This document shows, piece by piece, positions 57,991-64,000 of a stretch of 64,000 bases of DNA (within the stretch, counting starts at the first letter, position 1; each line of letters starts with the position of its first letter). The translations under genes and the position numbers were made by a program. The notes under the pieces were generated by a model. The model was given only the letters and a program-made list of their open reading frames with translations, had not been told where the DNA came from and did no database searches. This DNA comes from Camelus dromedarius (taxonomy: Eukaryota): assembly GCF_036321535.1 (NCBI RefSeq), contig NC_087437.1:6944001-7008000 (forward strand), in the 5' to 3' direction.

Positions 57991-60900
57991 CGCCCTCCAC
58001 TTCCTGCACACCTTGGGGGGAAGGGGTGCAAAGGAAGGGGGGGCCAATGCAGGTCCACAGACATCCTAGCAAAGGCATAACCAGGTGCAGCCTGATATCT
58101 GCTTCCTCTGCAAGCATTTTAGCTTCATCTGGATGACCTGCACCCCGAGATGCAGCAAAATTTCATGCAACAAGGAGCGGGATCTCAAGTGAGTGATGAG
58201 TGTAATAAAATATTGCACAGTTCAATGTCTTATCCAGCAAGCTCCTTCCTCCACTGGAAACTGAACCAACTCTTAAGTTTTGATCACAAGACATTTCATT
58301 CCCAAAATATCAAATAACTGGATTGAATAAATTTCAGCCGAATCTAGGAACATACATGCCAGGGTACCGGTTAACTAATTTTCATCACTCATAACTAAAC
58401 CAGATCACCCCAGAACCTAATTACATCCTTGAAAGTCCATTGAAAAGAGGTGATTAGAATTTCTATTTACGAACCTTCAGACAGCAACAACTGTGGAAGT
58501 GATACAGAATAACTGAAAAGAATAAAAATAGGCCAATATGCTGGAGAAATGCTACGCTACTAAATCTCACCCTGAATATATATACACACAATCTGTATCT
58601 ATTTACTCTGAAATGAAGTATCTGATCTTAAAAAAGACTTAAAAAAATAAACAGCAAAAGGTACCGTTGGCATAAGTTCAAAAGTACTAAATAATGTGTG
58701 TTAATGTGTTGATCACACTCTATGAAGACATCAAGTTTAAACAGACTTACCATTGAGAATCGCACTTAGGAACGATATATAAATTACCATAGTAGACACG
58801 TTTTCTTTGGTATAGAAAGAGAAGAACCTTGTGTAACAGATTTGATTTATATGCTGTATTAAGACCACATTCTGCTCTGATGTCAATGGAATATGTGATT
58901 AGAGACTGACAACCGTGTGTACAGGATGAGTGTAAGAGCTACTTCTAGAATGGAAGTGAAAACAAGCATTTTCTCAAGTTCATCAGAAGTTCTGGAATTC
59001 AGCTTCAAGAATGTTCTGCTGTTTCTAGGGGTCTCGAAAGAGAACAGACTTTCAATTAAAAAAAAACAAAACACACATGCATTTAGTATTGGAACAAAGT
59101 TGTAACCTCCCCCTCCCCTTGAGGTTGGAAAATTAACAAAAAGACAAAGGAGGGAAGAATATTTTCAGAGGAAAGCTAACAGTGTCAATCAATCATCAAT
59201 CAATATCAACGTGTCCCACTTTGCAAATACTGCAAATACTCATATTTGCAGATTTCCATTAAAAACTGCAACATTCCAACTAAGGGTTGGGAGGGAAGAC
59301 ACTTCATCAAAGTTTTTATCTACGTAATCAAATAGTTGAAGTTACCTATTTGGAACTTTGTGGAGAGCGACTGTAGCAAACATACACTTGAATGTGTTGG
59401 AACGTATTTGTCCTGAGGTGGCTCTAAGATGACTATTTTAAGTGGCATGTGGATCCTTGGGGGATTTAGATGTTACAGTTGAGGTACGTAAAGCAAAAGT
59501 GCGTAATATTTCTTTCAACTCGCAGGACAGACACGAGAAGATGAAATTCCTTGTCTTTCAAGTGTAGCCACTGGGGGATGATCGGAAAACCTCCTCTCGA
59601 CCCCTGCCCCCAACCAGGGAGAGTCAGAGCCCTGGATTATAGTACAGGTAGATATTAAAATGGAGACAGAGCAGTTATTTAGTGGTGACAGGAATATAAA
59701 TACATGCACTAACCTATAAACTGGTATTTACTTCAGGAAGGTAAGTAATATTTTTCCTCCGATTGCTGAGCTGTCAGTTTAATGCAGCGTAAATAAACAG
59801 TAGGTGTCTGCTAGCTGAAAGTAGGAAGTGTTCATTCCACACGAGGAACAGATTACTGAAGCCTGATGGCCATCACGCTGAGACATAACTTTCATTTTAC
59901 CAGAACATATACCCTACCGTGGAGGATTTTTCGTGCCTGCTCTATTAATTAACTTAAACTCTGTTCTGTCTAAAAGGTAAACCAATTTGTTAAAATCATC
60001 CCAGAGTTTGGGAGTTGGAAAACCAAATCAATTTGGAGAGCAGGAGTAATGTTCTGTAATCTGATCACAAATGCTAAAAAGGAACACTTCATAGGATCAG
60101 CAGCAGCTATACCAAATCAAAGACAGACAAAGAGCATATTTACATACAGAACTAAAGAATCACAGTTACCAAGCGAATTTACTCCAATTCCTCCTCCTCT
60201 GCTTAATGAAAAGCAACTGGCACCTTTAACATTTTGCAACCTTGTGCCTCTTAGGTCCGATCAATATGTATGCTGATTCTGCTCTCTGAAATATCCAAAG
60301 GGAAATCATTCATAAAAACCCAGTCACATTCCTTAATTCTAATCGAAATGTTACTGAACTCCCCTGAGAGATGTGGCAAGTGTGAAGATCAAACTGATAT
60401 CCTTCCTAACAGCATTCATGTAAAATGTGGTTTTCTTCCCATTTTCTATACACCACAGAGCTATGGCAGTATACAGCAATTCATGGTCTCCTTACACTCA
60501 AGTACCAAGCGGAATATCTCCTGGCATCACTGCAAATGGGAACTCACCTTCTCTAAAAAGCATAAAAGGCAATTTGGGGAGGTTTCTATTTAAAACACGA
60601 ACAAACTTGGATCATTAATCAGTGGACTGTAAAGGGAAAAAGAAGTTTGGAAAATAACACATTTTTACATTTGACTTCAACATGTCTAGACACAGTCCAA
60701 AGATTGATCCTGTCATATGTATGTATTTTATATACTTCATCAGCCCCGAGTACTAATATACTACAAGCATCATTCAAGAAAACACGTCTTGGAAGAAAAG
60801 ATGTGTTTGTGTAAAGGGCCTATCTATGTATGGCCCTTTTGGAAATTTACAGAGCAGATGAAAAACCACTAGAGTGCTTTAGAGAGTCCCTGCTGTACAT

Positions 60901-62849
60901 CCATGTTGTGTTTAGCTTGATAGTGTTTGTTACCCAAAGATTTTTACAATAATGAGGAACAGGTGCCTGTCACCTGACCTTTTAGGCCTAACTTACAATC
61001 CACAACCTGTCATGTGAAAAAATGAAGGAAAATCTCCCCCAGATATTTCAGTCTTTGCTAATTTAATGCAGATTTTCTTAACCATCATTCAGCATATCAG
61101 CTTATTCAATCGCAGGTTCATATAGCCGGCCACAGACTCCTTTGCAAAAATAAACCAATATTCATTTTGTTGTTGTCCTTGTTTAAGATGCTGAGAGACA
61201 AAAGAACTACTTTTGCAGATGATCAACCAAAGAATATATTAATTTATTACAGCAACTGAACAAAAGGCATTCCTTTTGAATACTTTTACATACAAAGAAC
61301 TATTATATATTACATATTTCAGCTTGTGGGAAAATGAAGAATGCATTGATTCTGGAAATAACTATTCAGACTCTTGGAAGTTCTTTAAGTCTTCTTTCTC
61401 TGCTGATCTTTTTTTTTTCCCCCCTGCTTCTTCCCCTTGTCCCTCCTGCCCCTCCCCTCCCATCCCCACCCCACACAGGTTTTAAGGCACTGGTACTTTA
61501 GGAGGGAAATCCCTATTTGCTCTTTTTCCACCCATCATTTGTATCCATTATTCAGAAAGGAATACAAAATTGAGCAGTGATTTTTATTTCTCTGGTATAA
61601 TCTTGTTATGTGTAGCCATACTCAAATTTAACAATGCTTTGTATTTTATAGCTACTGTTTACATATTATGTATTACATATGACTGAATGACTCTACATGT
61701 AAAATATTGTTTCCATTAGGAAAAATATGAAGTAATAAGTGTCAAATGGCGATGAAGAATAAACATGCCTGGTATATTTATAAAATGCATAGTCGTTTAA
61801 AATGTGCACAAATAGGATACATATTTTGCCACTGTTACATTTTACATGGTAGACACATCGTCTAAAGTGTATTTAATAATGTGCCTAACCAAGTTAATTA
61901 AAGTATTTATGTCTGGTGATTGTGTTAAACACTTGGAGAGGTAGTGAAAGATACAGCTGGTTACTTCTGCTAACTAAAGTTGAAATTATGCACTTATTAT
62001 AACCTTTTCTAACAATGTGAGAAAAACAGAGTAAATATATTAAATTTGTTTCACAACAGATGCTTAGGTTGTTAATATTTAAGATGCCTATTCATGCTAT
62101 TCCTGTCTGCACATTTGTCAAAAATGTAAGCCTGAATGCTAATGTTTGTCAGCAGACCGGAGGAGCCAGTATAAGAATGTACTACTGTTCTACTAAAATA
62201 ATATGCAATAGAAATAAAGGACGGCTGCTAAACCCTAGCATTAGTACCACACAGCAGATTAAAGGTTTTTCAGAGCAAACACCTCAACCTTGGTTTATTC
62301 CAGTCTTGAGGTACTTCCCCCCCCCCCCAGCTACGTTTGACTACAGAGTAAATCTTAATTCCTGACATCTCAGAAAAATCCACTTTAAGATTGGGTGTAA
62401 ATTTCAATAAAGTTTCAACTGGATGAGTTACTCGGTCAGCAGCACGAACACTGTAGATTTCAGGGACGGATTAGGTCAAATCCTGACACCTAGCAGTCGC
62501 GTTTTACTCTTTCTTACCCCCTCTTCTGTCCTCTTGGGAAAGTCCGGTCCCCTGGTTTCCCAGGATGCAAGCATGGAACCCCAGTCAGTCGGGGCAGAAA
62601 GGTTCTCTCCTGAGAATCGGACGTGCTTCTGTTTTCTCTACCTCTTTACAACCGTGTGGAGTCCAAGTCTTAACTGCATTTGCCTGGGAATCTGGAATGC
62701 TGCTGAGAAAGTTCGCCGAGGAAGGGCGCAGAGGTCAAAGTTGCCAACCAGGGCACTTTGAGAGGCAATCCTGTGGTTGACACTTTTAAGTGAAATTTGC
62801 AAAGCCCTAACGGAGGTCAGGGCCAAAATCCCCAGCAAGGACCCTAAAT

Positions 62850-64000
62850 AAGCCCCTCTCCGTCTTCTGGGGTCATCCCCAGAGTCCAGCTCAGCGGATT
62901 TCCCCGGTACGCGCTTGTCACTCCCCAGACCTGCCACCTGCCTGTTTCGTCCCTCTCGTCATGATTGTCTAAACCTACGCTCCGCCGCCCCGGGAGTCTC
63001 GGTCGGGGAGCGCTCAAAGAAGGCCGCCACGCTCGGGTCGGGACCGCAGGAGCGAGACACGGTGCGGACCCTGAGGCCGCACCTGTGATGTCTCTGTCCC
63101 CGCAAAGAGGGCAGCACCTCTTCCTGCCTCCAGCCCAACTCCAAACCCACATTCACTCCAGGAGCCGCTACAGGACCGACCTCCCTACAACCGGCGAGGG
63201 CTCGAACCGCGGAGTGCCGCGGCTTTCAAACTCCCGGCTCCAACTTGAGCGCCCTGGCGCCCGAGCGGCTCCCGGGATGGAGAAGTTGCCACAAACTTCC
63301 CAGGCCCCTCTCTGCCGCCGCTCCAACCAGCCGCGGCGGCGGGGGGCGGAGGGAGGCGCAGATGGACCGAGGAAAGATGCTGAGCTTACTTGCGATCCGG
63401 CGGGGGAACGTTTCCACTCCCCAGCCTACTCCGCCGGGCACCTTTCTGCTCCGGGGCGCACAGAGAGGGTCTCCCTTTTCCCCTGTGCCTCCTTCCGTCT
63501 TTTCGACTCCCCCTTTCTCTTCCAAAAGGGGTCAGACTGAAGACCTGGAGGAGTTTGTTCAGCCGGGGTCTGTCGGGCAGGTGTGTGAGCGGGTCCACAC
63601 CCCGAGAGAGAACGAATGGCATCTTCAAGTCCCCCGTCCCGGGGTGCTCTCCCTCACTCTACCCGCCATCCCTCCGGATCCGGCTGCGCGAGAGGGCAGG
63701 GGTTCGCAAGACCCCTGACGCCGGGCGCCCACGAGAGGGGAGCCGAGCCGCCCCAACAAGGGGCACCGTGGGTGGGTGCGACAGTGAAGTTTGGATAGAT
63801 TTCGGGAAAAAAAAGAGAGACAGAGATGAAAGAGCAAGAGTGGGGGGCAAAATAAAAGAGAGGCAAAGGAGCAGAACTCACTCAGGCATGGGCGCTGGGG
63901 GCGGCGGTGGCTGTGGAGCGCGGCCCGAGACCGGGCGCGGCTCCCCGGGAGGGCGCGCCGGCGTCGGACTTCCGAGGCGGCGGCTTCTGCCTCTGGTGCC
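62850..64000. promoter_or_regulatory. SATB1: Distal CpG island, distal SATB1 promoter region (truncated by the window end)
   Basis: Abrupt rise in GC and CpG from about 62850 to the end, about 23 kb above exon 2. Contains minus-strand splice donors. Confidence 0.85.
63882..64000 (-). other. SATB1: Candidate distal non-coding first exon of SATB1
   Basis: Donor CATGCCTGA|GTGAGT at 63882/63881, followed on the minus strand by pyrimidine-rich intron-like sequence. Lies in the CpG island. Confidence 0.6.

Noticed and set aside
62844..63881. Overlapping 100-191 aa ORFs in the distal CpG island
   Set aside because: Same GC-driven artefact; they occur in several frames on both strands.

Overview
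Mammalian genomic DNA containing the 5' two-thirds of SATB1 (special AT-rich sequence-binding protein 1, a CUT-class chromatin organiser) on the minus strand. tRNA-derived Vic-1-type SINEs and artiodactyl-type L1 tails suggest a camelid. Seven coding exons (coding parts 40085-39875, 36229-36053, 35269-35143, 34367-34244, 16062-15951, 13576-13122, 5632-5420) splice through canonical GT-AG junctions into one 1419-nt frame. This encodes residues 1-473 (ULD, CUTL and CUT1 domains). The CUT2 and homeodomain exons lie beyond the left edge. Upstream are three candidate alternative non-coding first exons or promoters: a proximal CpG island (donor at 42841), a non-CpG middle exon (donor at 57750) and a distal CpG island (donors at 63882 and possibly 63390). 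The rest is intron with MIR, L2, L1, MER and SINE remnants and microsatellites. I saw no prokaryotic, CRISPR or foreign-insert signal. The most notable observation is a possible translational-control design: the shared 24-nt leader of the first coding exon has stops in all three frames, and each alternative first exon supplies a different uORF ending 6-35 nt before the SATB1 ATG. Repeat-family names and human comparisons come from recalled consensus sequences, not from searches.
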